Positions 19,756-30,417 of a stretch of 64,000 bases of DNA are shown here, one piece after another. Both the position numbers and the translations under genes were made by a program. Within the stretch, counting starts at the first letter, position 1. Each line of letters starts with the position of its first letter. The notes below the pieces were generated by a model, which saw only the letters and a list, made by a program, of their open reading frames with translations, was not told where the DNA came from and searched no databases. The DNA comes from a virus, in IMG/VR virus record IMGVR_UViG_3300025880_000014, positions 2,458 through 66,457 of that record. One strand, given 5' to 3'.

Positions 19756-21582
19756 TTAAAACGCAACTGGCATGAAACCAATCATAGGGATTGGACCACC
19801 CGGCGTTGAAATTCCTCCCAAGTATAAAAATTTTAATTGTAATAGGTGTTTAGCACATGCGGCAGCAACCGCAGTTGCAACTAATTTTGCGGCGACTGGT
19901 GTTGATGCCTGTACCTCAAAAAACTTACCATTGTTCCATGCTCTTCTTAAATCATTTGCTAACATTGATTTACTACCGTAATATATTGGAGCAAACGTGC
20001 CACCTAAAGGAGCAGTTATATTACACGGAGGTATTGGCGGTGTTTTTTTAAATGGTTGTAAAGCGGCTGATTGCCAATATTTAATAATAGCACCTGCCAT
20101 TATTTCATACGGATCTTCTCCTTCTTCCTCAATCTCTTGTTTGTTTATCTCCTCTAAATATCTAGCCCATTTTTTCTGAGTTTCCCACCATCTCTTTCTT
20201 TCCTTTTTGTATAGCGCTACTTTATTACGATTTCTTGCAAAGATCTGTGCAATATTGTTATATGCGGAGTTATATTTATCTATTGACGGAACATATGTAA
20301 ATGTTGTTATCAATTTTATTTTTATATCTTCCGGGATGTCATCAGGCCTTTGCTCATGATCTTCTTGAAATATATATTGATTAATAGAATCATCCGCTGG
20401 TATAGGTGGGATAATATTATTTTTAGTTAGAGCATGTGCAACATTACCTCTTTTTATTATTGCGCCTCTTTCCGCTTTTTCAGCAGCTCTCCACTTTGAT
20501 TCTATTTCTTTTATTCTATCATATACTTCTCGGCTCAATGAAGTACTTTGGCCTAATCTATTACTATTTAAAGTATCTACCCATTGTTTAAAATCATAAG
20601 TACCATCATTACTTAAAAGTATTCTATTTGCAAGTGCATCTATTTTCTCTTCTTTAGTTAAATCAGGGACTGTGTTTCTAACTGGTTTAGTAATACTTTC
20701 TGGATAATCAGCAGCGTCTCCTTGTAGTTTAGTATCAATATCGCTTAACTTTTCTAAAACCCCTCCATCACCTATAGTTATTGATTTAGTTCTATTAATT
20801 TTTTTTATTGAAGTTTCTCCAGATAGATCTAATATTTCTTTAAAAGAATATGTATATTTACCTGGCTCCTGTGGAACATTTAACGATGTGAAAGCCTCAG
20901 CTCCAACGCCAGCCCCGCTTCCTGAACCTGCCGAAAGTCCTCCCGATCCAACACTCCCTATTGTTAATAAAGGTTGTTCGATTTCGTTTATGGTATATCT
21001 TATCTTAAAAGATTGTTCAGGGTTAAATTTTTTAATGATAAACCTGACAACATAATTATGAGTTTGTGAATTTATATCTGAACTTGCTTTAGTAACTACA
21101 CTAAAATCTATATCCCCATCATTTGTAGTGTCATTTGGGTCCTCCTCTGGATATGGAACCGGACATGTTGATTTATATAATGGATAAAAGTTAAACTTCT
21201 GTAGAGTGTCTGTGTTCTCTAGGGTCCATTTTTCGATCTCGCAATGTGCGTCGAATGTTAAATCGGCTTCTGGTAATATTTCTGTAATAGACTGATACTG
21301 TGATAAAGATTTTCTGTCTTCTAGTGATGTAGTGTAATCAGTGTATAACTTTTTAAATGCTTTGTCAAATCCTGCCTCTAATACAGTCTTTATTCCTGCA
21401 TTACTGTGTGTATTTCCAAATGGTGTTTGTGCAGTTGCAACAGCGTTAACGTATTCATCAGCAAGAAACTTTGCAAAGTCTCCAATTCCTGGAGTATCTG
21501 GGGGTAATCCCATACTCTTTGCACTTCTGCTTGCTAATTTTGCAGATACATTATTAATAAATAAAGGCCATTTTGCCGGCAT
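19756..21582 (-). CDS. Spike- or baseplate-associated protein (608 aa) with a Gly-rich linker
   Basis: Directly downstream of the gp5-like gene; contains a GSVGSGGLSAGSGSGAGVG linker. Confidence 0.4.
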   Translation of the reverse strand: MPAKWPLFINNVSAKLASRSAKSMGLPPDTPGIGDFAKFLADEYVNAVATAQTPFGNTHSNAGIKTVLEAGFDKAFKKLYTDYTTSLEDRKSLSQYQSITEILPEADLTFDAHCEIEKWTLENTDTLQKFNFYPLYKSTCPVPYPEEDPNDTTNDGDIDFSVVTKASSDINSQTHNYVVRFIIKKFNPEQSFKIRYTINEIEQPLLTIGSVGSGGLSAGSGSGAGVGAEAFTSLNVPQEPGKYTYSFKEILDLSGETSIKKINRTKSITIGDGGVLEKLSDIDTKLQGDAADYPESITKPVRNTVPDLTKEEKIDALANRILLSNDGTYDFKQWVDTLNSNRLGQSTSLSREVYDRIKEIESKWRAAEKAERGAIIKRGNVAHALTKNNIIPPIPADDSINQYIFQEDHEQRPDDIPEDIKIKLITTFTYVPSIDKYNSAYNNIAQIFARNRNKVALYKKERKRWWETQKKWARYLEEINKQEIEEEGEDPYEIMAGAIIKYWQSAALQPFKKTPPIPPCNITAPLGGTFAPIYYGSKSMLANDLRRAWNNGKFFEVQASTPVAAKLVATAVAAACAKHLLQLKFLYLGGISTPGGPIPMIGFMPVAF

Positions 21583-21610
21583 GATTATATTGTTTTATAG
21601 ACTATATATC

Positions 21611-22330
21611 TTATTTACCTGTCTGTTGATATTTGATGTGATCCCTTTTTAACTCGTTAACAATGTATGGTGTCGGAAATAATGGAGGCCCAGTAGGCCC
21701 TGTCCCCGTTGGGTGAAAGTGTCGATTGTAATCATCTAGTAATTTGTTTAACCATTTCTCTAAAGAAACTCCTCGAACGGCTGGTTCGCTTTCGTCTGCT
21801 CCGCCTTCTCCAGTGTTGCTTAAGAATATATCACCAGAATCTAAAAATATTTTTTGATCGGTTGAGATCTTAATAATACCTTCTTCGTCTATTTGAATTA
21901 GCGGACGCTCTTTGGCTCCAGATCCTCTTGTGATTACCAACCCATCTTCAGGAGAATGATAAATCCTAACATTACGTTCAGCGTCATACACTAAACTGAC
22001 AACATCATGTGCTGCCCCTGAAGGATCTAATATATCTTCTTTTAATTCTTTGTTTTGATTGATTTGAAACCAATATTCAGGGTGATATATGTTACCGTTA
22101 TCAAAACGAACTGCTACAATATCTCCAATTCTCGGAACATGGTGAGAACCAACTAAGTCCCTATTCATAGGGGTTGCCCATGGGATAGATTCAGTTTCTA
22201 ATAAGTCGAACTTACCATAAACTTTAACTCGGCATCTACTTAAATTTGAAGGATCTACATTATCAACTACCTCACCTAACCAGTGAGTTTCTCTAATATT
22301 ATCTTTTTCTAATTCCTTGTCTCTTGCCAT
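21611..22330 (-). CDS. Baseplate central spike (gp5/VgrG N-terminal OB domain)
   Basis: GEVVDNVDP....RCRVKVYG, PWATP, VPRIGDIVAVRFDNGNIYHP; C-terminal HFHPTGTGPTGPP tip motif. Confidence 0.78.
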   Translation of the reverse strand: MARDKELEKDNIRETHWLGEVVDNVDPSNLSRCRVKVYGKFDLLETESIPWATPMNRDLVGSHHVPRIGDIVAVRFDNGNIYHPEYWFQINQNKELKEDILDPSGAAHDVVSLVYDAERNVRIYHSPEDGLVITRGSGAKERPLIQIDEEGIIKISTDQKIFLDSGDIFLSNTGEGGADESEPAVRGVSLEKWLNKLLDDYNRHFHPTGTGPTGPPLFPTPYIVNELKRDHIKYQQTGK

Positions 22331-23511
22331 TATTCATATATATTACCAAGTGATTTTGCCGCTGCTGTGTTTAGCGCATCACCTATTGTTTGACCTTGAT
22401 CTACTAAACCATGTACGTTATCCGCAATTGCGGTTTGTACGTTATTTGCGTTTACTTTAGGATTTGCTATATTATCAACACCTTGTACAAAATCCTTGTA
22501 TAAATTGTCAACAACAGCGTTTACCCTACCTATTGTAGCGTTTCTTGCTTGTTGCTTTAGTTCATTAACCTTATTGATTGATGCATTTTTTAAATCTCCA
22601 ACTGCTCTATCTGCAAATGCGGTTCCTTTTTGTACGGCTTGATCTTTTAACCAATCTCCGACACTATTAATTTCTTTATTTTCAGAATCAGGTGCCGGCG
22701 ATAAATCGTCTGTATTATAAGTAGATTCTACAATACCATTCAATACTCTAGCTTCCATATCATATAGTGCTTCATATCTTATTGATATTTCGCCAGTTGC
22801 GGCTTCAGATGTTGTTTTCTGTAAATCTGCAAATAGTGTTGTTCCTGATTTTAAATCAAATTCACAGAACTTAAGAGCAAACATAAAGTAAGGTTTTGCA
22901 CCTGTGCCTGAAATTCCGGCATTTGCATTTTTTACACCAACTTTAGGTTTAAAGTTATCTGGGAATCCTCCTAGATCAGCTCCGCTTAATGAAGGCGAAG
23001 ACATGTTTTTAATAGATCTAACTTCAGTGACATAAATATACATTCTAAATTTTCTTAAGTTAGTCGGTAAAACGTATGACCATTTTCTTTCATCGAAAAC
23101 AGCCTTTCTATATAAGTGCATTAAACCAGATATTGTCAGGTTAATTGACTCTAAAGTTCCTATAGTTATTGTAGAATCATCCCCTCCAAGATAAGGATTT
23201 AACGGATCATATTGCTGTATTTTTTCTAAGCCTGCTAAACTTTGCCAGAACCAAGGCATTTCGTTATTAATAAGCTTTAAAGCTTTTTTAAAGTTTTGAA
23301 GTGCTTCTAGTTTTTCTCCGTAATATTCAGAAGTTTCACCATCAGCTGCTAATTTTTTTAAAAAATCCTCGGCAGGCTGAGATAATAAGGGTGAATTGGC
23401 AGCGTCCGCAAAGTCAAACAACATAAGGAACGACATATAAGTCGGGTCTTGGTATTGTTGACTGGCTCTTTTACCTTTTCTAAAATCTGATATTTTCTTG
23501 AAATCTGACAT
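22330..23511 (-). CDS. Tail-tube-like / baseplate tube-initiation protein
   Basis: Lies between the hub-like and spike genes; beta-rich core; assignment from context. Confidence 0.35.
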   Translation of the reverse strand: MSDFKKISDFRKGKRASQQYQDPTYMSFLMLFDFADAANSPLLSQPAEDFLKKLAADGETSEYYGEKLEALQNFKKALKLINNEMPWFWQSLAGLEKIQQYDPLNPYLGGDDSTITIGTLESINLTISGLMHLYRKAVFDERKWSYVLPTNLRKFRMYIYVTEVRSIKNMSSPSLSGADLGGFPDNFKPKVGVKNANAGISGTGAKPYFMFALKFCEFDLKSGTTLFADLQKTTSEAATGEISIRYEALYDMEARVLNGIVESTYNTDDLSPAPDSENKEINSVGDWLKDQAVQKGTAFADRAVGDLKNASINKVNELKQQARNATIGRVNAVVDNLYKDFVQGVDNIANPKVNANNVQTAIADNVHGLVDQGQTIGDALNTAAAKSLGNIYE

Positions 23512-23542
23512 ATAGTATTTATCTTGTTTTTGTAAGAGCCTT

Positions 23543-25036
23543 TTATTGTATATTGTTTATTCTACTCGGCCACTCTCTACGTAAAAGAGTTAAATGTTGT
23601 CTAATAGTACCTGCCTTATAAACATACTTAATAGCCCCAACAATGTAAAATCCACTTAAGAATTCATCAACCACCGTTGAATAACCTGCAACGGCATCAT
23701 CTGGGTCAGCTGCAGGTGCAGCATCAAATCCTAGTTCGTCTTTTGTTTTTTTCACAGCAGCATCTAGACCTATTTGATTTTGAGTTTCATGGAATATTGC
23801 CACCGGTATTCTTTGATATCTGTATATCGCAGGGTTCCATGTTTCTAGCTCCACCTCTAAAGTCATTTTATCTAACTCCTGTAGGTTTTGTTGATTGTGT
23901 ATCCCGGCAAAGTTGTAATTTAAGTGTGTATTCGAAGTCTCAGGATCACTGTTTCTCCTACCTACATATTTATACTTTATTTCTTGTTTGTATCTCTCCT
24001 CATCCCTACGACCTTTCAGGGGCTCAACAATATCCTTTAGTTTATCGGTTGTTAATGGCTCAATATCAAAGTTAACTAATCCTTCTTCAGAATCGTTTTC
24101 AAAGTACTGTAATACTCTTTTGTATCCATTTCTTTTAGCTATTGTGCCAGCATTATTTTTAAGAGAATACTTATCAATGTATAAATTCGTTCCCTGTAAT
24201 TCGTTTTTAGTCGACAGGATTAAAGTAGACTCTATTTCATTGGTAGTATTGGTAGCGTCCGATCCTTTTGTATCGTTTAAGTCCGTGTCAAGGGCTAATA
24301 AGGCATCTTCAAAATCATCAGATGCATTTAACATTACATTTAAATCAACATAAGTTAAATAATAAAAAGGATCAATGCAAAAAGTTTGGAAAGAATCATC
24401 ATTAACATACGAGTGTTTTACTAAATCAGTCATAGTATCTAAAATAGGTTCGAAAGTTGTAACGCAATTCATTTCATCATCAGTTGAATCTATATTAGAT
24501 GCAAAACCTATTTTTAAATCGGTTGCTATTTTTTCTAAATGATCCATTGTAGTTCCTTTGCCGTATGACTTACATTGTTCTGCATTCAGTCCAGGTATTT
24601 TTATTTCTCCGGTAAAAAAATACTTACCCCCACCAGATCCTCTGGCTACCCCGTTGACTGGCGGTGATTCAACATTAGTAATATCGAAATCTATTCTAAT
24701 ATCTTTGTAATCATTCTTAGGCCTTGCTGCTAATCTGACGGTGATCACATCACCATCTCTTGGAAACGACTCCACGTTAAAATTAGATTCATTATCAATT
24801 ATCCCTAACGCTATTGTTGGAACAACTCCTTCTAATGAAATTTCAAATGATTTTATATCTTCTCTACTAAATCTTTTTCCATTAATGATTATCAATGGAT
24901 ATTCAACCCCCATTTCTCGAGTACTGTTAGAATCTCCTGGATTATCAGCATCAACTTCACCTTCTGATTTAAATTTATATTTATCCAGCTCTATTGTAGG
25001 TTCTAACCTGGTTAAAATTTTACCTTCTAATGCCAT
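23543..25036 (-). CDS. Baseplate hub protein (gp27-like)
   Basis: Lies between the gp53-like and gp5-like genes; ends FLSGFYIVGAIKYVYKAG..RQHLTLLRR as in hub proteins. Confidence 0.45.
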   Translation of the reverse strand: MALEGKILTRLEPTIELDKYKFKSEGEVDADNPGDSNSTREMGVEYPLIIINGKRFSREDIKSFEISLEGVVPTIALGIIDNESNFNVESFPRDGDVITVRLAARPKNDYKDIRIDFDITNVESPPVNGVARGSGGGKYFFTGEIKIPGLNAEQCKSYGKGTTMDHLEKIATDLKIGFASNIDSTDDEMNCVTTFEPILDTMTDLVKHSYVNDDSFQTFCIDPFYYLTYVDLNVMLNASDDFEDALLALDTDLNDTKGSDATNTTNEIESTLILSTKNELQGTNLYIDKYSLKNNAGTIAKRNGYKRVLQYFENDSEEGLVNFDIEPLTTDKLKDIVEPLKGRRDEERYKQEIKYKYVGRRNSDPETSNTHLNYNFAGIHNQQNLQELDKMTLEVELETWNPAIYRYQRIPVAIFHETQNQIGLDAAVKKTKDELGFDAAPAADPDDAVAGYSTVVDEFLSGFYIVGAIKYVYKAGTIRQHLTLLRREWPSRINNIQ

Positions 25037-25037
25037 T

Positions 25038-25529
25038 TTATAATATTATAGTGTCTCCGTTAATATCAATATTCTTGTCTCCGTCCTTTAAGATGTTAGG
25101 TGGAAGGATCTGCTTTGATCCATTTTCTTTTTGAGCAGCTTTCTTTTTTAAGTATTCTGCTCGCTTAGCGTCCTTAATTGTTAATCTTTTAGAATTAACA
25201 AATTGATCTTTAATAGAATCTTCCTTAGTGTCTCCCTCTCCTTTAATTGTTTTCCAAGCTCTAAATACTATATCGCGAGATGGTATATTTAAAACGTCTC
25301 CTTCATTTATTGAAAACGGGTTTGAGATATTATTAAATTTTAAAATAAGTTCCGCGTAATCTGCAATATTAAAATATTTAATAGATATCATATCTATTCT
25401 ACATATCTCTTCTGAGGATACCTCATGAACTGCAACTACAGGCGTGTTTTTCGGAAATAATACAACGGGTTCTGTTATTCTTAACTTACCGTCTTTTATT
25501 TTTTTATTTTGTATAGATTTAAAATTCAT
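25038..25529 (-). CDS. Baseplate wedge gp53 / LysM-like protein
   Basis: RIDMISIKYF....YAELILKFNNISNPFSINEGDVLNIP is a LysM-like motif. Confidence 0.65.
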   Translation of the reverse strand: MNFKSIQNKKIKDGKLRITEPVVLFPKNTPVVAVHEVSSEEICRIDMISIKYFNIADYAELILKFNNISNPFSINEGDVLNIPSRDIVFRAWKTIKGEGDTKEDSIKDQFVNSKRLTIKDAKRAEYLKKKAAQKENGSKQILPPNILKDGDKNIDINGDTIIL

Positions 25530-25530
25530 A

Positions 25531-27279
25531 TTAACCGTTTGAATGTTTTCTTAATTCTCCATCGAGACTTGATTTTTGAGTTTTACCATAAGCATTAACA
25601 TCAACTGTTGCGTTAGCATCTATTCCGTCAGCTGGCTGAATGTAGAATCGGCCTCTACCTGTGTTAAACATACTTTCTATTTCTGCCTTATCTCTTGGCC
25701 TTGCTGGTTTTAGTGTAATCTCGACAACCATTCTTTCTGGAAAATCCTGTAATCCCATAGGACCTTCGAAATTAATTGCAGTATCAGTACATGCTAAATT
25801 ACCAATAACACAAATAGGATTTAATGGATTACCTATTGTAACATGCCATTGACCTGTCGAATCTCCAGATAATAGTGCAGCAACAGCTTGTCCTCCTTGT
25901 GGAGAATTAAACATTTTCATCATACTACCCGACATTAAGTTATTAATAGTCTTTCCAATTCCACCTTCTTTTACAAAATCTTTAATACCTGCGGTGATAT
26001 CGCCGAACATATCCCCAGTATTCTTGCCTGATAAATCAGATACAACAGATTTCATATATCCCATATAATCTCCGCTCTTTAACAGATCATTTTTACCTAA
26101 AGGTCTTGCAACAGATCCATCCCCAATATACCTAACATCCCCACCCCAGAAAGGTGCGTTGTTATAAGTTAGTGCTAGTATATTAGCCAGTTGATCTAAC
26201 ATTAATACTTTAGGATTTGCTCCTCCTAGATCTCTAAGCTCATATTCAAACTTTAGTTTAAATTCTTGATTAAACTCAAGGCCCTGTTCTCTGACCATTG
26301 TTTTCTTAATAACATTTAAAGGACCAAACACATGATTTGGGTATGTGTTGCTAAATGAATCGTAGCCTGCATCTCCATTATCTAATCTTTCTTGTTGTTC
26401 CTGTGATCTACCTGATGCAGCGTTACTAGCCGCTTTCAGAATTTTATTATTATTAATAAATCCTCCAGCTGTACCAGATCTTGCCTTCTGTTGTGATTGT
26501 ACAGTTTGAACTTCAGCCTCTGCGTTTTTCCAATTAAAACCATGTGAGAAATTTAAGATATCTGACATATTATTTCCAGTTGCTTCACTCAGCCATGTGA
26601 CTGCTCTTGCGATATCAGGCTCTTGTGTGTTAGCTCCGTTTAATCCTAAAGGACTAATAATATCATCTGGGCTCGGTGACGAAAATCTTCTTAAAGTTAT
26701 CATCATATTGTTAGGTATCTTACCAAAGTATTTTGCCATTGCAAAATCAGAATATTGGTATCGATAACCATTACCTCCACTAGCGTCTGTTAATTCAATA
26801 ATTTTAGATGCGGTCGGGTTAACTAAAGTTCTAGGATCTATTTTATTAAAAAACTTACTTTTACCATCTGCTTTTCCTCCTTCTCCGTTAAGCGGAGTAC
26901 CTCTAAAGTTAACTAAAGAGTATTTATTAAATAAAGAATATGGGCGTTTCCCTAGGGTTATATTGGCATTTCCATTCCCATCTTTGTGCTTATATGATTC
27001 AACGTCTTGATTATAGAAAACTCCACTATTTCTAGTACCTCTGTTTTCTTGAGTTGGGGTACCTTTAGTTGCTGCTACGTTTAAACTAGAATCTTCTTCA
27101 ATAGAAGACTTTAGAGAATTTTCATCATTCCTAGTTTTTAATTGAGCATTAACCCCGTCTGGATTTTCAATATCGAACAATTTATTAAGTCCGTCCTTTA
27201 CGGCGTTAGTTCCTAATTCTGATATGTTTGTGATTGCGTCGTTTGAGTTGTTTATACCCCCGCTGATGTCTAAGCTCAT
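25531..27279 (-). CDS. Baseplate/tube-associated structural protein (582 aa)
   Basis: First gene of the hub-spike operon; C-terminal WHVTIGNPLNPI..IGNL...DFPERMVVEITLKPARPRD. Confidence 0.4.
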   Translation of the reverse strand: MSLDISGGINNSNDAITNISELGTNAVKDGLNKLFDIENPDGVNAQLKTRNDENSLKSSIEEDSSLNVAATKGTPTQENRGTRNSGVFYNQDVESYKHKDGNGNANITLGKRPYSLFNKYSLVNFRGTPLNGEGGKADGKSKFFNKIDPRTLVNPTASKIIELTDASGGNGYRYQYSDFAMAKYFGKIPNNMMITLRRFSSPSPDDIISPLGLNGANTQEPDIARAVTWLSEATGNNMSDILNFSHGFNWKNAEAEVQTVQSQQKARSGTAGGFINNNKILKAASNAASGRSQEQQERLDNGDAGYDSFSNTYPNHVFGPLNVIKKTMVREQGLEFNQEFKLKFEYELRDLGGANPKVLMLDQLANILALTYNNAPFWGGDVRYIGDGSVARPLGKNDLLKSGDYMGYMKSVVSDLSGKNTGDMFGDITAGIKDFVKEGGIGKTINNLMSGSMMKMFNSPQGGQAVAALLSGDSTGQWHVTIGNPLNPICVIGNLACTDTAINFEGPMGLQDFPERMVVEITLKPARPRDKAEIESMFNTGRGRFYIQPADGIDANATVDVNAYGKTQKSSLDGELRKHSNG

Positions 27280-27335
27280 ATATATTATTACTATTGTTTT
27301 TATACCTAGTAAGTATATATATTAAGATTAATCTA

Positions 27336-27926
27336 CTACCCTTTTAAGTTATCGTATTCTGGGCCCATTGGTCGAAATAATAATTTATTGAAGTATTCTG
27401 GATCTGTAGGAACTCTATCACCTAGGAACTTTTTAAGGTGAGCCTCAAAGACACCTTTAGATTCATAATAGTATTTACCTTTAGAATAAGAACGTCTTGA
27501 GGATTTCTCGTATAGCTCTCTGATTTCTTTTTCAATTAAAAAGTCTTGAATATTAAGGTAAAGTTCTTGGATTTGATTAAAAGTTTTAGCACACATTACT
27601 GAATCTATTGTAATCATATACGTTTCAGCGTTTGCGTCTAAATATTTTTGAAGCTCTTTTTTATTTTTGATGCTTGTTCGGTTAAATCCAAACTGAGTTG
27701 TACCTCCTTCAAAATTTTTATCAAATTTCATGCCAAAGAAATATCTTTTAAGAAAATTAATATCATCGTAAAACTTAACGATTCTAACCTTATATTTAGG
27801 CATAGTCTCGTCAAACTTAACGTCATATATTAATACTCTAACTGGAAATACTATATTTGAATATCTAGAGTTTGAAATAAGAGCATGTACATATTCACCT
27901 TTATTAAATAAACGGTGTCTAATCAT
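27336..27926 (-). CDS. Hypothetical protein (196 aa)
   Basis: ORF track. Confidence 0.6.
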   Translation of the reverse strand: MIRHRLFNKGEYVHALISNSRYSNIVFPVRVLIYDVKFDETMPKYKVRIVKFYDDINFLKRYFFGMKFDKNFEGGTTQFGFNRTSIKNKKELQKYLDANAETYMITIDSVMCAKTFNQIQELYLNIQDFLIEKEIRELYEKSSRRSYSKGKYYYESKGVFEAHLKKFLGDRVPTDPEYFNKLLFRPMGPEYDNLKG

Positions 27927-28326
27927 TATCTATAAATTTAACAAAATCAAATTGATTTAAAATATTCTTGCTTGGCACTCTGTCCATATTTAAGGAATTA
28001 AGAACAAACTTAATTTCCCTATCAGTATAACTAGAGACCATTTCTTTAAAGTTAGATATAACTGTAGCGTCTAAATCTCTGAATGTATATACTATTGTTG
28101 AAGTTTTTTTCTTTTCAGAATTCATTGCAGTTTTGAAAGAATTCATGATATTTAAACCTATCACAGAATCGCTAGGTTCATTACTATATGGATCTGCTTT
28201 AATAAGTTTATTCTTAATTATAGAAAAGTCGATAACAGTCAATTGCGGATCTTCAATAGCTCTTACGAACTTGTTAAAATCTCTCTTTGACTGATACCAA
28301 ACACATTCTATATTTAAGTTATCCAT
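27919..28326 (-). CDS. Hypothetical protein (135 aa)
   Basis: ORF track; overlaps both neighbours. Confidence 0.6.
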   Translation of the reverse strand: MDNLNIECVWYQSKRDFNKFVRAIEDPQLTVIDFSIIKNKLIKADPYSNEPSDSVIGLNIMNSFKTAMNSEKKKTSTIVYTFRDLDATVISNFKEMVSSYTDREIKFVLNSLNMDRVPSKNILNQFDFVKFIDND

Positions 28327-28633
28327 TGTTTATTTGTTCAAGATTCGATATTCGAGCCTTGAGATTCTTTATTTTAAAGGAAATTTCCTTTTCAGTTGGT
28401 TTGTAATTATCTCCCCAATCAGTCTCTACTTTAATTTGATTTTTAGAATTAGAATTACCAAACTCTAATCCCAAATCAATACATAGCTCTTCTATGAATT
28501 TAATTTTATTTAAAGCGGAATCAAATTCATATACGGTAGTTGATTCATATTCTTGACCACCTCCGTTTATATTGTCATCATGGACGCTTTTAATAACCCC
28601 ATTGTCCGCCAGTGTTATTTTAATTTGCTGCAT
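28319..28633 (-). CDS. Hypothetical protein (104 aa)
   Basis: ORF track. Confidence 0.6.
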   Translation of the reverse strand: MQQIKITLADNGVIKSVHDDNINGGGQEYESTTVYEFDSALNKIKFIEELCIDLGLEFGNSNSKNQIKVETDWGDNYKPTEKEISFKIKNLKARISNLEQINNG

Positions 28634-29012
28634 TTTTTCTAGCTAATAAAGATTGTTGAGCTTCTTTTCTTAATACATTAGCCTGCTTCTTATCGGCTCT
28701 GTATGTTTCTGAATCTTTAATTGCTGTTAAGGTCCATGCCTCTTCTAATTTTGCGATTTCTTCGGTATTATATCCTATCGTCGCCCAGTTTACTTTTAAT
28801 TTATTTAAACTTGCCGTTAGCTGTTCTTCAATAGAATCTAATCTTCTGTTTTCATTAGCACTTTCCATTGCTCGACCATCTTCTGCCATCTTATTGTGCC
28901 ATGCGATCCCTTGTTCTGAAAATCTACCAAACATGTTTTTAATTTTTAAAAAACCTGCTCTTTTGAATTCTCCTCTTCTTTGTCTTCTTGATCCTGATGC
29001 TCCTTTTGCCAT
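28620..29012 (-). CDS. Basic helical hypothetical protein (130 aa)
   Basis: ORF track; Arg-rich N-terminus. Confidence 0.6.
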   Translation of the reverse strand: MAKGASGSRRQRRGEFKRAGFLKIKNMFGRFSEQGIAWHNKMAEDGRAMESANENRRLDSIEEQLTASLNKLKVNWATIGYNTEEIAKLEEAWTLTAIKDSETYRADKKQANVLRKEAQQSLLARKNAAN

Positions 29013-29058
29013 TATGTTCTTTGTATTATATTGTTAAATATTATTTATCTTGATTTTA

Positions 29059-29595
29059 TTAACCGTAGTATTCTGATAAAAAATCAGTAACACTTGATCT
29101 AATGTATTCTTGTAATTTATCCATTTCAATTTGCGATAAAGCAACCCCCGTAATTTCTTCATTCAAATCTTGCTCTTCCATACCTTCACCTAACATACTA
29201 TATAATTGGGGTGTTGGGATATTAAGATTTATTTGAATAGGAATATTTACAACATTCTTCTTACTCATCTTTAAGATCATCTTACCCATAATTGAAGGCT
29301 CCTTAGTTTGTGTAGGTTCCTGTGCAATAGGTTGTGTAGGTTTCTGTACAGACGGCTGGGGCGTATGTTGTACATTACTTTTATTAGAGCTTGATCCTAC
29401 TCGCATAGGAGCCGGAAATGGTACGTTTCCATCAATGACTGGTTCTAAAAACTCAGACAAAACGCTTTTAAAAATACGAGTACCGTTCGTGAAATTTACG
29501 AATTCGCCTTCTTCAGATAGAACATCTACAACTTCTCCAAAGTTGTCACCTTTTTTCCATTGATACTGTTTTAACTTATCTTGCACTTCTTTCAT
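29059..29595 (-). CDS. Hypothetical protein (178 aa) with a Pro/Gln linker
   Basis: ORF track; class 2 promoter upstream. Confidence 0.6.
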   Translation of the reverse strand: MKEVQDKLKQYQWKKGDNFGEVVDVLSEEGEFVNFTNGTRIFKSVLSEFLEPVIDGNVPFPAPMRVGSSSNKSNVQHTPQPSVQKPTQPIAQEPTQTKEPSIMGKMILKMSKKNVVNIPIQINLNIPTPQLYSMLGEGMEEQDLNEEITGVALSQIEMDKLQEYIRSSVTDFLSEYYG

Positions 29596-29611
29596 TTTAA
29601 ATTATTTAATA

Positions 29612-29640
29612 GTTATATTAAAAAAATCTGTTTTGTTTAT
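29612..29640 (-). promoter_or_regulatory. Putative class 2 promoter ATAAAC-N17-TATAAC
   Basis: One of five sites with RTAAAC-N17-TATAAH at exact spacing. Confidence 0.55.
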
Positions 29641-29825
29641 TTTAAAGATCCCATGAACTCTATTCCAAACTTATTTATATAATCCATTGATTCAGTAGGG
29701 CCTATGATCGCGTCTGGGTTCGCTATGTATATTTTAAAGAACATATCGTCTCCTACTGTTTTTCTTTTTAGCTCTAGTTCCTTTAATTCCGGTACGTATC
29801 TTTTATTAAATCCCATTCCATGCAT
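29637..29825 (-). CDS. Small hypothetical protein (62 aa)
   Basis: ORF track; start uncertain, overlaps the end of dCMP deaminase. Confidence 0.45.
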   Translation of the reverse strand: MHGMGFNKRYVPELKELELKRKTVGDDMFFKIYIANPDAIIGPTESMDYINKFGIEFMGSLK

Positions 29826-30318
29826 TTACTTGTTCAACAATAATATTAGCTTGTTGTAATAACTCAACTCCACTCATATCTCTATAATCTTCTGTATAAT
29901 ATACTTTTGAAATTCCAGCCTGTATAATTAATTTAGCACATCCAAAACATGGGCATGTTGTTGTGTATAATTCAGCGCCTTCGCAACTCATAGTCGATTT
30001 TGCAACTTTCATAATTGCATTTGATTCTGCGTGAAGAACTTCAGGTTTTGTTATTGCATTATGTTTGTGACATATGCCATTATCGCATTCATACCCTTGA
30101 TCCATTAAATCTAGAGCGTGGTCTGGACTTTCATAATGCCTAATATCGGTTTCTTCACAGGCGTTATTAAATCCATGTGGCATTCCATTATAACCGAATG
30201 AAATTACTTGATGGTCTTTTACAATGACACAGCCGACCTTACGTCGTTCAGCATAACTCAGTTTTGAAAACTGATACGCGGTTTGCATGTATACTAATTC
30301 AATTGGTATCTTTGGCAT
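29806..30318 (-). CDS. dCMP deaminase
   Basis: Zn-binding HAE and PCxxC motifs (HAESNAI, CPCFGC); RRKVGCVIVKD..ISFGYNG. Confidence 0.93.
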   Translation of the reverse strand: MPKIPIELVYMQTAYQFSKLSYAERRKVGCVIVKDHQVISFGYNGMPHGFNNACEETDIRHYESPDHALDLMDQGYECDNGICHKHNAITKPEVLHAESNAIMKVAKSTMSCEGAELYTTTCPCFGCAKLIIQAGISKVYYTEDYRDMSGVELLQQANIIVEQVNAWNGI

Positions 30319-30335
30319 ATTATTATATTATAATA

Positions 30336-30364
30336 TTTATACTAATTAGTGCGGCATTGTTTAC
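30336..30364 (-). promoter_or_regulatory. Putative class 2 promoter GTAAAC-N17-TATAAA
   Basis: 18 nt upstream of the dCMP deaminase ATG. Confidence 0.55.
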
Positions 30365-30395
30365 AAAAAAAAGCCCGGATTTCTCCAGGCTTTTA
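30365..30395 (-). terminator. Intrinsic terminator (GCCUGGA-GAAA-UCCGGGC + U9)
   Basis: GNRA-loop hairpin with a poly-U tract after the acidic core protein gene. Confidence 0.85.
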
Positions 30396-30417
30396 GTTTT
30401 ATATTTAATTAAATTAA

